Source: Clostridia bacterium (GTDB lineage: Bacteria > Bacillota > Clostridia > UMGS1883). Taken from it: a DNA stretch of 64,000 bases. Shown here piece by piece: positions 18,996 through 28,539 of this stretch (the first letter of the stretch is position 1; each line of letters opens with the position of its first letter). The stretch spans positions 102,531-166,530 of the forward strand of contig JAZNSQ010000019.1 of assembly GCA_045591265.1 (NCBI GenBank), written 5' to 3'. Under the pieces are notes generated by a model. The model saw only the letters and a program-made list of their open reading frames with translations, was not told where the DNA came from and made no database searches. Made by a program: the position numbers and the translations under genes.

Positions 18996-20636
18996 ATGCC
19001 AATTACGGACATACTCAAAAAAAATGCGGATTTTTATCCCAACGACATTAGCCTCGTTGAGATAAACCCCAAAAATGACAACCATATTAAGATGACTTGG
19101 CGTGAATATTCGCTTATTGAGTCACGCCCGAGTGAAGCCTACAGAAAAGAGCTTACCTGGAGTGAATTTAACAAGCAGGCAAATAAAACTGCAAACTTCC
19201 TTTTAACAAGAGGTATAAAAAAGAACGACAAGGTTGCAGTGCTACTTATGAACTGCATTGAGTGGCTTCCCATATACTTTGGTATTTTAAAAACGGGGGC
19301 GATTGCAGTTCCTCTTAATTACAGATATTCTTCCGATGAAATCAAGTACTGCCTTGATCTTGCAGACGTTGATGCAATCGTTTTCGGCCCCGAATTTATC
19401 GGGCGTGTAGAAGAAATTTGCGCAAGGTCAAAGAAGGTCAAACTCTGGCTCTACGTTGGAGAGGATTGTCCAACGTTTGCAGAAAATTATGAAAAACTTG
19501 CATCATACTGCTCCACCAAAGACCCGAAAATTTCTATTACGGATGAAGATTTTGCGGCAATTTATTTTTCTTCAGGAACAACAGGATTCCCAAAAGCAAT
19601 ACTTCATAAGCACCAAAGCCTTATGCACGCCGCGATGACGGAGCAAAATCACCACTCGCAAACAAAGGACGATGTGTTCTTGTGCATCCCTCCTTTATAT
19701 CATACGGGTGCAAAGATGCACTGGTTCGGAAGCTTCTTAGTTGGCGGTAAGGCAATACTCCTTAAGGGAATTAAGCCCGAGTGGATACTAAAAGCAGTAA
19801 GTGAGGAAAAGTGCACAATTGTGTGGCTACTCGTTCCGTGGGCGCAGGATATTATGGATGAGATTGAAAGCGGAGAAATAAAGCTTGAGGACTATGAGCT
19901 TTCACAGTGGCGCTTAATGCATATTGGCGCACAGCCCGTTCCGCCAAGCCTTATAAAAAGGTGGAAAGGGTATTTCCCAAATCACCAGTATGACACAAAC
20001 TACGGACTTTCAGAGTCAATCGGACCCGGTTGCGTGCATCTCGGTGTTGAAAACATACATAAGGTTGGCGCAATCGGAAAAGCAGGCTTTGGATGGCAGA
20101 CAAAGATTGTGGATGCCGAAAGAAATGAAGTAAAAAGAGGCGAGGTCGGAGAACTCGCAGTTAAAGGCCCAGGTGTAATGACTGAATATTATAAGGATGA
20201 AAAGGCAACGAAGGAGTCGTTAGACAATGGCTGGCTTTTCACGGGCGATATGGCACGAGAGGATGAGGACGGCTTCATTTTCTTGGTTGACAGAAAGAAA
20301 GACGTTATCATTTCAGGCGGTGAAAATCTTTATCCCGTACAGATTGAAGACTTCTTAAGAAAGAATGAATGTATAAGTGACGTTGCAGTAATCGGACTTC
20401 CCGATGCGCGACTTGGCGAAATTGCAGCGGCAATAATTAAGGTAAAAGACGGAATGACACTTACTGAAGAAGAGGTAGAGGACTTCTGCGCGGATATCCC
20501 GAGATATAAGCGTCCGAGAAAGATTATTTTTGCCGATGTTCCGAGAAATCCCACCGGAAAAATCGAAAAAGTAAAATTAAGAGAAATCTACTGCGGAGAA
20601 AGCGTTGTTGCGCAGCAAAACGAAATCAAAAAATAA
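18996..20636 (+). CDS. AMP-forming acyl-CoA synthetase (probable aryl-acid CoA ligase)
   Basis: SSGTTGFPK, YGLSE, TGD, DRKKD..ISGGEN, PRNPTGK; directly upstream of iorAB. Confidence 0.88.
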   Translation: MPITDILKKNADFYPNDISLVEINPKNDNHIKMTWREYSLIESRPSEAYRKELTWSEFNKQANKTANFLLTRGIKKNDKVAVLLMNCIEWLPIYFGILKTGAIAVPLNYRYSSDEIKYCLDLADVDAIVFGPEFIGRVEEICARSKKVKLWLYVGEDCPTFAENYEKLASYCSTKDPKISITDEDFAAIYFSSGTTGFPKAILHKHQSLMHAAMTEQNHHSQTKDDVFLCIPPLYHTGAKMHWFGSFLVGGKAILLKGIKPEWILKAVSEEKCTIVWLLVPWAQDIMDEIESGEIKLEDYELSQWRLMHIGAQPVPPSLIKRWKGYFPNHQYDTNYGLSESIGPGCVHLGVENIHKVGAIGKAGFGWQTKIVDAERNEVKRGEVGELAVKGPGVMTEYYKDEKATKESLDNGWLFTGDMAREDEDGFIFLVDRKKDVIISGGENLYPVQIEDFLRKNECISDVAVIGLPDARLGEIAAAIIKVKDGMTLTEEEVEDFCADIPRYKRPRKIIFADVPRNPTGKIEKVKLREIYCGESVVAQQNEIKK

Positions 20637-20655
20637 ACGAAAGGCCGAATATAAA

Positions 20656-22392
20656 ATGAAAAAACTATTATTAGGAAATGCAGCCGTTGCAAGGGGTGCA
20701 TATGAGGCGGGGGTAAGAGTGGTTTCTTCGTATCCCGGCACTCCCAGTACAGAGATAACAGAGGAAATGGCAAAATATGAGGATGTCTATGTAGAATGGG
20801 CACCCAATGAAAAGGTTTCGGCAGAGGTGAGCATTGGTGCATCAATAGCAGGTGCAAGGGCGATGAGCTGTATGAAGCACGTTGGCTTAAATGTTATGGC
20901 AGACCCTGTTTTTACCGTAAGCTATACAGGCGTAAACGGTGGACTCGTTTTCTGCGTTTGTGATGACCAGGGTATGCATTCATCACAAAATGAGCAGGAC
21001 TCACGCCACTATGCAAAGGCATCAAAAATTGCGATGCTTGAGCCAAGCGATTCTGCAGAATGTAAGGAATTTACAAAAAAAGCGTTTGAGCTTTCAGAAA
21101 AATTTGATACCCCCGTATTTATAAGACTTTCAACAAGAGTTTCACATTCACAGAGCTTAGTTGAAATAGAGGACAAGGAAGATATAGAGCTTAAGCCTTA
21201 TGAAAAGAACATTCCTAAAAATGTTATGATGCCCGCAATGGCAATTAAGCGCCACGTAATTGTGGAAGAAAGAATTAAAAAGCTTAAGGAATTTGCGGAA
21301 ACCTCCGAATTTAACACAGTTGAATTAAATGACACAAAAATCGGTGTTATAACAGACGGCGCGGCATATATGTATTCAAAGGAAGCGCTTGGAGAAAAAG
21401 CATCTTACCTTAAATTAGGTATGGTTTATCCTCTCCCTGAAAAGAAAATAAAAGAATTTTGCGAAAAGCACGACAAGGTTTTCGTGATAGAAGAGCTTGA
21501 CCCCATAATTGAAGAGCATTGTAAGGCGCTTGGTGTAGAGGTTATAGGAAAAGAAGTATTTACTCTTCTCGGTGAATACACCCCCAATATGATAAGAAAA
21601 GCAGTGCTTGGCGAGAACGCTCCCGAATCTAAAAAGTTAGATGAAGAAATCCCCGTTCGCCCGCCAGTAATGTGTGCAGGCTGCCCGCACAGAGGAACAT
21701 TCTACGTATTAAAGAAGCTTGGACTTGTAGTTTCAGGCGATATCGGTTGTTACACGCTTGGTGCAGTGGCACCGCTTGGGGCAGTTGATACGACTATCTG
21801 TATGGGTGCATCAATCTCGGCATCTATGGGTATGGCAAAGGCAAGAGGTGAGGAGTTTAATAAAAAACTGGTAGCAGTAATCGGCGACTCCACCTTTATT
21901 CATTCAGGTATAACAGGTCTTATCGACATAGTATACAATAAAGGAAATAATACCGTTATTATTCTTGATAACTCCATTACCGGTATGACAGGCCATCAGG
22001 ACAATCCCACAACCGGCTTTACTATAAGAAAAGAGCCTACAAAACAGGTTGACCTTCTTATGCTTTGTAAGGCGGTTGGAATAGATTACGTTACAGTGGC
22101 TGACCCGTTTGACGTAAAGAACTTTGAAAAGGTTGTTAAAGAGGAAGTAAATAGAGAAGCACCGTCAGTTATTATAGCGCAAAGGCCCTGCGCACTTCTT
22201 AAAGGCGTTAAATATGAAGGAAAATGCATTATTACAGAGGATTGCAAAAAATGTAAGCAGTGTAAAAAATTAGGCTGTCCTGCTATTATAGACGAAGGCG
22301 GAAACATCAAAATAGACTTAAATCAGTGTAATGGATGTGGACTTTGCGCAAATGTTTGTCCGTTTGACGCTATAAAAAAGGAGGAGAACTGA
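20656..22392 (+). CDS. iorA: Indolepyruvate:ferredoxin oxidoreductase alpha subunit
   Basis: YPGTPSTE, NEK, KHVGLNV, SSQNEQD, RPP.MCAGCPH, GDIGCY, GDSTF.HSG, C-terminal ferredoxin Cys motifs. Confidence 0.93.
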   Translation: MKKLLLGNAAVARGAYEAGVRVVSSYPGTPSTEITEEMAKYEDVYVEWAPNEKVSAEVSIGASIAGARAMSCMKHVGLNVMADPVFTVSYTGVNGGLVFCVCDDQGMHSSQNEQDSRHYAKASKIAMLEPSDSAECKEFTKKAFELSEKFDTPVFIRLSTRVSHSQSLVEIEDKEDIELKPYEKNIPKNVMMPAMAIKRHVIVEERIKKLKEFAETSEFNTVELNDTKIGVITDGAAYMYSKEALGEKASYLKLGMVYPLPEKKIKEFCEKHDKVFVIEELDPIIEEHCKALGVEVIGKEVFTLLGEYTPNMIRKAVLGENAPESKKLDEEIPVRPPVMCAGCPHRGTFYVLKKLGLVVSGDIGCYTLGAVAPLGAVDTTICMGASISASMGMAKARGEEFNKKLVAVIGDSTFIHSGITGLIDIVYNKGNNTVIILDNSITGMTGHQDNPTTGFTIRKEPTKQVDLLMLCKAVGIDYVTVADPFDVKNFEKVVKEEVNREAPSVIIAQRPCALLKGVKYEGKCIITEDCKKCKQCKKLGCPAIIDEGGNIKIDLNQCNGCGLCANVCPFDAIKKEEN

Positions 22393-22393
22393 T

Positions 22394-22960
22394 ATGACAA
22401 AAAGCATTATGATAGTAGGTGTCGGCGGTCAGGGAACACTTCTTGCAAGCAGAATACTCGGCAACACCGTTATAAATGAAGGCTTTGATGTAAAGGTTTC
22501 AGAGGTTCACGGTATGAGTCAGCGCGGGGGAAGCGTTGTAACTTATGTTAAGTTCGGAAAAAAGGTTTATTCTCCGATTATAGATGAGGGAGAGGCAGAC
22601 ATTATCCTTGCATTTGAAATGCTTGAGGCGTACCGTGCACTTCCGTATCTTAAAAAGGGCGGAAAAATGATTGTAAATAATCAGAAAATAAACCCCATGC
22701 CAGTAATTACAGGTGTGGCAAAGTACCCTGAAGATATTGAAAAAAAGCTTAAAGAAAGTGTAGAGTGTGTTTGTGTTGATGCGCTCGGCCTGGCAAAAGA
22801 GGCAGGAAACACAAAAGCTGTAAACGTAGCGCTTCTGGGCGTTATGGCAAAAAGCACTGACATAGAATACGAAAAGTGGATTGAAACAATTAAAACTACC
22901 GTTCCCGAGAAGTTCTTGAATGCGAATATAAAGGCATTTGAGCTTGGGTATAATTTGTAA
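22394..22960 (+). CDS. iorB: Indolepyruvate:ferredoxin oxidoreductase beta subunit
   Basis: GVGGQG, EVHGMSQRGGSV, N.KAF..G. Confidence 0.93.
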   Translation: MTKSIMIVGVGGQGTLLASRILGNTVINEGFDVKVSEVHGMSQRGGSVVTYVKFGKKVYSPIIDEGEADIILAFEMLEAYRALPYLKKGGKMIVNNQKINPMPVITGVAKYPEDIEKKLKESVECVCVDALGLAKEAGNTKAVNVALLGVMAKSTDIEYEKWIETIKTTVPEKFLNANIKAFELGYNL

Positions 22961-22968
22961 GTTGAAAT

Positions 22969-23012
22969 AAAAAAGAGGATGTAAAATAATTTTATTTTAC
23001 ATCCTCTTTTTT
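22969..23012. terminator. Bidirectional terminator
   Basis: AAAAAAGAGGATGTAAAATAA/TTATTTTACATCCTCTTTTTT. Confidence 0.75.
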
Positions 23013-23299
23013 TATTTTATTAAATTCACCACAAAATATGCCGAGAAGAATGAAAACAAAGCACACATTATACCCGCCAGAATTATAGGTGCTTTTTTAA
23101 CTTTTTTATCAGGAAGCATGGAAATGGGTTCGCGCACTTCACCCAGATACATACTCACAATTTTTTCTGCTTCTGAAACAGCATCGGCCAAGGCAGACTC
23201 TGCATCATCGCGCAGGATAAAAATTGCCTGCTCAATTTTAGGGGATTTAATATCATTGAGCACAACTATTTTACGTGTGTTATTATTCAAACAAATCAC
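23012..23299 (-). CDS. Hypothetical protein with C-terminal TM helix
   Basis: 95 aa ORF downstream of spoIIE, AAGGAG RBS, IEQAIFIL..A..EA..IV motif, hydrophobic C-terminus. Confidence 0.6.
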   Translation of the reverse strand: MICLNNNTRKIVVLNDIKSPKIEQAIFILRDDAESALADAVSEAEKIVSMYLGEVREPISMLPDKKVKKAPIILAGIMCALFSFFSAYFVVNLIK

Positions 23300-23344
23300 T
23301 CCTTTTTTAGATTATGCACACTGCCTTGTGATAATAAACATCAA

Positions 23345-25693
23345 TTATTCAATGTATGATGCAACGATTGTGATATCGTCAGGATTAGCATTTTTGCCAA
23401 GCTTTTTTGTGACGGCAAGAATTCTTTGTGCAAGGACCTCGGGCTCTTTTCCGTCAAACTCGGAAATGGTGTTTTTTATTTGCGGGCAGGCGCTTTCCGA
23501 AAGTGCCGTAGCACCGTCAGACACAAGCACAATCATACTCCCGCGCGTAGAATTAACCTCAAAAACGTTAGTTTCAAGTGTATTTGTCGCACCTATCGGA
23601 AGTGTGCGGGCATCAATGTGTGTGACGGTATCTCCGCATTTAGCAAAGGTGTCGGCACCGCCACGCTTATAGAATTTGCTTTTGCCGTCATCAAGATTGA
23701 TTATGCACAAATCAATTGCTGCTATAGAGCCGTTTGAGGAAAACAAAAGCATTGAATTAATCATACTAAGAGCTTCCTGCGGGGGAAGATGTGCCTCAAG
23801 AAGCCTTATTAACAGAGAGGCACATGCCTTGCTTTCTTTTCTTGCCATTTTTCCGCTTCCCATTCCGTCACAAAGAACTATTGCGTAATTGTGGCGGTCC
23901 AAAAGTGCATAGACAGAGTAGTCCCCGCTATGCTTTTTATTCTCCTTAACTGCATGCGCTATTGCACTGGTTATTGAAAAGTCAGGCTTTACAACGTATG
24001 TATGGCTGCACTCTCCACAACTGCGAAGGCCGCATCTTACAAAGCTTTTTCCAATTGAAGAATCAAGTACTTTGCAGACGGCGTTTTCGCATCTTCCAAA
24101 GCCTCCGCAACTCTCAAGCGTAATTCTTATTTGCATTTCGTCACCCGAACCCGAAACGTAAACTCCTTTAGGATTAATTCCCTCTTTTTTCAAACGATAC
24201 GCTATTTCGTCAGAAGCGACAAAGTCGCAGTCATCAATTTTTGATATATTATCAGCCGTAAGGCTTACCATTTTTGAGATTGACCCGAGTGCAGAAAAGA
24301 TGCAGTTCTGATATTCATAAATCCTGCTTGTCCAGATTAAATCATTTTTATAAATATCGTGCATTGCGCGAAAATCACCTATAAACTGCTCTGCACGAAG
24401 GCAGTGAACGGGGGCATCCTGGGGAGTAAGAGCTTCTCCGTTTTCTATTTTTAATGAAAGGTTATCAATCGACTCTTTAGTTTGTGTGCTGTCACGCCCC
24501 CAACAGTATTTGCGCAGTCCGCACCCGAGGCATGTCCTTTTTGCAGTTCTGTGATACATTATCATCTTGCTTGAGATTTCGCTTTGGCGAATAGAGGAAA
24601 TTGACTTAAAATCCTTTTCAAGCTTTTCTATTGCGCCTGCCGTGAATTTCACCACGCTTGAGGAGGCTTTTGTGTTTGGATGGGTATGACTCCCGATATT
24701 TTTTACTGCATCGTAGATTTTTTTGGGCATAAGGTAAAGGATGGATGCCGCAATCAAGGTGTCGGAAATATTTATAAGCACCTCGGTTGAGCCGTTTGAT
24801 AAAATTGTAATGACGGCATTTGATATTATAAAAGAAACGCAGCTTGCCCATCTTCCGTATTTGGAAAAGAATCCCGCGCAAAGCCCCGAAAAAGCAAAGG
24901 ATGCGGCACAGGCATCTATTCTGCCACGGCTGAGACACGAAATTATCCCCATAACAATTCCCGCGGCAGAGCCGTGAAGAGGGCCGAAGCTTGTCGCAAA
25001 GGCAAGCACAAAAAGGACGCACAGTATCCCTGAAAGTGAAAAAATTCCGCCAAGACCTGCAGAGCCGAAGCCACATATAGCGCCCCCTACTAAAAGTGAA
25101 AGTGAAACTGTTTCCTCTGTTGTAAGTGTGCGGCGAAATGTGGGAGAAAACAAAAGGGGAGACGCAATTAAAAATGCCCTCACGCCAAGCCAGAGTGTTG
25201 CACATTCAACAATCAAAACAACTAAATCGTAAATGAGAGGGTATCCGCCAAAGGACATTGTTGAAAACAGAATAAAGAGGCCTGACGATAAAAGTGATAA
25301 AAGTGCAAGTATGGCGCTCTGTTCCCTTGCGCGCGGTCTTTTTGATACAATTCTTTCATATATGAGAGAAAAGATGACTGCCGCAATTATGTACTTTCCG
25401 ACTGTTATAAAGCCACTGCCTCTAAAAATTAAGCCGAGGACTGAAAATATCATACATAAAAGTGCGTCCTTACTTTCGAATGATGCAACAAAGAAAGAAA
25501 AACCAAGCGGACTTGCTCCGCCGATAAGCTTTGTGCCTGAAAGCAAAAATGCAAGAATACACCTAAATAGAGTCTGGTGGGAATACCTTTTCTTAAAATA
25601 CTCCCATACCTGAAGGCTTTTTTTGGTTTTCTTCTTTGGTTTTTCTCGTTTTACAAGCGGTTTTAAAGTAAACCCGTTCATTTGTAATACCAT
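23345..25693 (-). CDS. spoIIE: Stage II sporulation protein E (membrane PP2C phosphatase)
   Basis: Multiple N-terminal TMs, C..C...CW motif, SGD, DGMGSG, SDG, DDIT. Confidence 0.88.
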   Translation of the reverse strand: MVLQMNGFTLKPLVKREKPKKKTKKSLQVWEYFKKRYSHQTLFRCILAFLLSGTKLIGGASPLGFSFFVASFESKDALLCMIFSVLGLIFRGSGFITVGKYIIAAVIFSLIYERIVSKRPRAREQSAILALLSLLSSGLFILFSTMSFGGYPLIYDLVVLIVECATLWLGVRAFLIASPLLFSPTFRRTLTTEETVSLSLLVGGAICGFGSAGLGGIFSLSGILCVLFVLAFATSFGPLHGSAAGIVMGIISCLSRGRIDACAASFAFSGLCAGFFSKYGRWASCVSFIISNAVITILSNGSTEVLINISDTLIAASILYLMPKKIYDAVKNIGSHTHPNTKASSSVVKFTAGAIEKLEKDFKSISSIRQSEISSKMIMYHRTAKRTCLGCGLRKYCWGRDSTQTKESIDNLSLKIENGEALTPQDAPVHCLRAEQFIGDFRAMHDIYKNDLIWTSRIYEYQNCIFSALGSISKMVSLTADNISKIDDCDFVASDEIAYRLKKEGINPKGVYVSGSGDEMQIRITLESCGGFGRCENAVCKVLDSSIGKSFVRCGLRSCGECSHTYVVKPDFSITSAIAHAVKENKKHSGDYSVYALLDRHNYAIVLCDGMGSGKMARKESKACASLLIRLLEAHLPPQEALSMINSMLLFSSNGSIAAIDLCIINLDDGKSKFYKRGGADTFAKCGDTVTHIDARTLPIGATNTLETNVFEVNSTRGSMIVLVSDGATALSESACPQIKNTISEFDGKEPEVLAQRILAVTKKLGKNANPDDITIVASYIE

Positions 25694-25715
25694 CCTTTCA
25701 GAAATTAGTATATTA

Positions 25716-25749
25716 ATTGTAGCACGTGAAAAGAAAATTTTTTGTCAAA
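25716..25749 (-). promoter_or_regulatory. spoIIE promoter with 21-bp spacer and Spo0A-like box over -35
   Basis: minus strand TTGACA-21 bp-TACAAT; TGTCAAA at 25743-25749. Confidence 0.55.
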
Positions 25750-25878
25750 CGGTGGAGCAGGAAAGAAAAATTTTCCGTCAAAAAACGGCAAATAAAGCCA
25801 CTTACTCTAACCTTGACATAGCAAAGCGCCTTGGTTTATAATAAATGAAGAACACAAAATGAGCTAAAGAGGTATAAT

Positions 25879-28485
25879 GTGGAAAGTAAAAATCGCATTG
25901 TAATAGGGATAATTGCGCACGTTGACTCGGGAAAGACCACTCTTTCTGAGGCAATGCTTTTTTCGTGCGGAGAAATCCGCTCTCTTGGGCGCGTTGACCA
26001 TAAAAATGCATTTTTAGATACTGATACACTTGAGAAGGAACGCGGGATTACGATATATTCAAAACAGGCAGTTTTGAATATGGAAAATTCCCGTATAACG
26101 CTTGTTGATACCCCGGGACACGTTGACTTTTCGCAGGAGACGGAGCGCGCCCTTTGGGTGCTTGATTATGCTGTTTTGGTAATAAGCGCAACAGACGGTG
26201 TGCAAAGCCACACCAAGACTCTCTGGAAGCTTTTGAGGAAAAGGGGTATTCCAACGTTTGTTTTTGTAAATAAAATGGATATTGCCTCTAAAACAAAAGA
26301 AGAGATAACAAGCTCCCTTTTAGAAAAACTTGGTGACGGATTTGTTGATTTTTCAAAGGAAAACTATGATGAAGATATAGCTCTTTTTGACGAAAGGCTT
26401 ATGGAAAATTACTTTCGGAACGGAAAGCTTGATAAAGAGGAAGTTAAAGAGGCGATAGGGGAAAGAAAGGTTTTTCCTTGTTATTTCGGGTCGGCCCTTA
26501 AAAATGAAGGGGTGGATAATCTTTTAAAAGGAATAGCCCAATTTTCACTTTTCAAAGCTAAAAGCGAAAGCTTTGGCGCGCGCGTCTATAAGATAGAAGA
26601 GGGTGCGCGGGGCGAAAAAATATCTTTTATGAAAGTAACAAGCGGGTCGCTTCGTATTAAGGATATAATTAAAACAAATGAAGAAGAAAAGGTTAATGAA
26701 ATAAGGATATATTCAGGCGCGGGGTTTGAAAATGTGCAGGAGGCACACGCAGGAGATGTGTGCGCCGTAACGGGACTTAATGGCACATACTCGGGACAAG
26801 GATTAGGATGCGAAAAGGACGCGCCGGGGCTTTTGCTTGAAAGTGCATTTGTTTATAAAATTGTTCCTTTAAATTGCACGGATTTACGTGTTTGTATGGG
26901 ATACCTTAAAAAGCTTGAGGAGGAAGAGCCTTCTCTTAAGGTAACATTTGATGATCATTCAGGAGAAATACGCCTTCACCTGATGGGTGAAATTCAGCTT
27001 CAGGTTTTAAAAAGAAAGCTTAAGGATAAATTCGGGCTTGATGCTGATTTTACGGAGGGGTCAATTGCATATAAAGAAACAATAGCATCCGCAGTCGAGG
27101 GGGCAGGGCATTTTGAACCGCTTCGCCATTATGCAGAGGTACATCTTCTTTTAGAGCCACTTTCTCGCGGAAAAGGTATTGTGATAGAAAATGACTGCAG
27201 TGAGGATACCCTTTCACGCACATATCAAAGACTTGTTCTTACGCATCTTGCAGAAAAAGAACATTTGGGGGTGCTTACAGGCTCGCCTATAACAGACATA
27301 AAGATAACTCTTAAGTCAGGAAAGGCACACGTAAAGCATACCGAGGGCGGAGATTTCCGCCAGGCAACCTACAGGGCAGTGCGCCATGGACTTCGGTGCG
27401 CAGAGTCTGTCCTTTTAGAGCCGTACTACGATTTCACGCTTGAAATTCCCATAGACGCAACAGGTCGCGCTATGACAGACCTTGAAAAAATGGGGGCAAG
27501 CATAAGTCCTCCCGCAATAAAGGAAGATATGGCAGAAATCAGAGGAAGGGCACCCGTGAGGGAGCTTTGCCATTATCAAAAAAATGTTACGGCATACACA
27601 AGGGGACTTGGCGTGCTTTCTCTTATGCCGGGGGGCTACGAGGAATGTAAAAACAGTGCGGAAATCATAGAGGAAATTGGCTATGACTTTGAAGGAGATG
27701 TAAATAACAGTGCAAATTCAGTTTTTTGCACGCATGGGGCAGCCTACACGGTGTCTTGGGATGAAGCACTTAACCATATGCACCTTCCAAGCATTATGAG
27801 TGAGAGTGAGTGTGAGCTTTCAATCCCGCAAAAAAGGGCAGAGATAAGAAAAAATTACACTGACGAAGAGCTTATGGAAATCTTTGAGCGTACCTACGGA
27901 AAGATTGAGCATAAGAACTACAACAAAATCAGGGAAAGAAGAAAAGAAACCGATGTTAAAAAGGTGCGTGCTGCGCCTCAAAAGGATGCACCTGAGTATC
28001 TGTTAATTGACGGCTACAATATAATCTTTGCATCGGAAACTCTTTCAAAAATTGCACAGGACAGTCTTGAGGATGCGCGCCTTCGACTTATCGAAATGGT
28101 GTGCGATTTAAAGATTTTTAAAGAAGAAAATATTATAATCGTTTTTGATGCGTATAGGGTAAAAGGCTCTGTGAGGGAAGTTGAAGAGATAAGAGGCATC
28201 AGCGTAGTATACACAAAAGAGGCGGAAACCGCGGATAACTTCATTGAAAAGGCAACAAGAAAGCTCGGCAAAAAACACTTCGTGCGCGTTGCAACGTCAG
28301 ACGCGTTAGAGCAGATGATAATCTTAGGAAACGGGGCACAGAGAATAAGCGCTACTTCCTTTATAAAAGAGCTTGAGGATACCGAAGAAAGAATAGAAGA
28401 AATGGTCAAAAATTACAACAACCAGACAAAACTTGGTGAAATTCTAAATAATGGTCAAAATTTCTTTAAAAAACTTGACGAATGA
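25879..28485 (+). CDS. TetM/EF-G-like translational GTPase fused to C-terminal NYN (YacP/Rae1-like) RNase domain
   Basis: AHVDSGKTT, ERGITI, DTPGH, NKMD; C-terminal LLIDGYNII, VFDAY, ETAD..IE, VATSD..EQ. Confidence 0.88.
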   Translation: MESKNRIVIGIIAHVDSGKTTLSEAMLFSCGEIRSLGRVDHKNAFLDTDTLEKERGITIYSKQAVLNMENSRITLVDTPGHVDFSQETERALWVLDYAVLVISATDGVQSHTKTLWKLLRKRGIPTFVFVNKMDIASKTKEEITSSLLEKLGDGFVDFSKENYDEDIALFDERLMENYFRNGKLDKEEVKEAIGERKVFPCYFGSALKNEGVDNLLKGIAQFSLFKAKSESFGARVYKIEEGARGEKISFMKVTSGSLRIKDIIKTNEEEKVNEIRIYSGAGFENVQEAHAGDVCAVTGLNGTYSGQGLGCEKDAPGLLLESAFVYKIVPLNCTDLRVCMGYLKKLEEEEPSLKVTFDDHSGEIRLHLMGEIQLQVLKRKLKDKFGLDADFTEGSIAYKETIASAVEGAGHFEPLRHYAEVHLLLEPLSRGKGIVIENDCSEDTLSRTYQRLVLTHLAEKEHLGVLTGSPITDIKITLKSGKAHVKHTEGGDFRQATYRAVRHGLRCAESVLLEPYYDFTLEIPIDATGRAMTDLEKMGASISPPAIKEDMAEIRGRAPVRELCHYQKNVTAYTRGLGVLSLMPGGYEECKNSAEIIEEIGYDFEGDVNNSANSVFCTHGAAYTVSWDEALNHMHLPSIMSESECELSIPQKRAEIRKNYTDEELMEIFERTYGKIEHKNYNKIRERRKETDVKKVRAAPQKDAPEYLLIDGYNIIFASETLSKIAQDSLEDARLRLIEMVCDLKIFKEENIIIVFDAYRVKGSVREVEEIRGISVVYTKEAETADNFIEKATRKLGKKHFVRVATSDALEQMIILGNGAQRISATSFIKELEDTEERIEEMVKNYNNQTKLGEILNNGQNFFKKLDE

Positions 28486-28539
28486 CGAGAAAAGTTATAT
28501 ACTAGGGGAAGTATGAATAATTAAGGAGGTAATATATAT

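Noticed and set aside
25879-28485. Acquired tetracycline resistance gene (tetM/W/O)
   Set aside because: Longer than ribosomal protection proteins, has an NYN fusion and no mobile context
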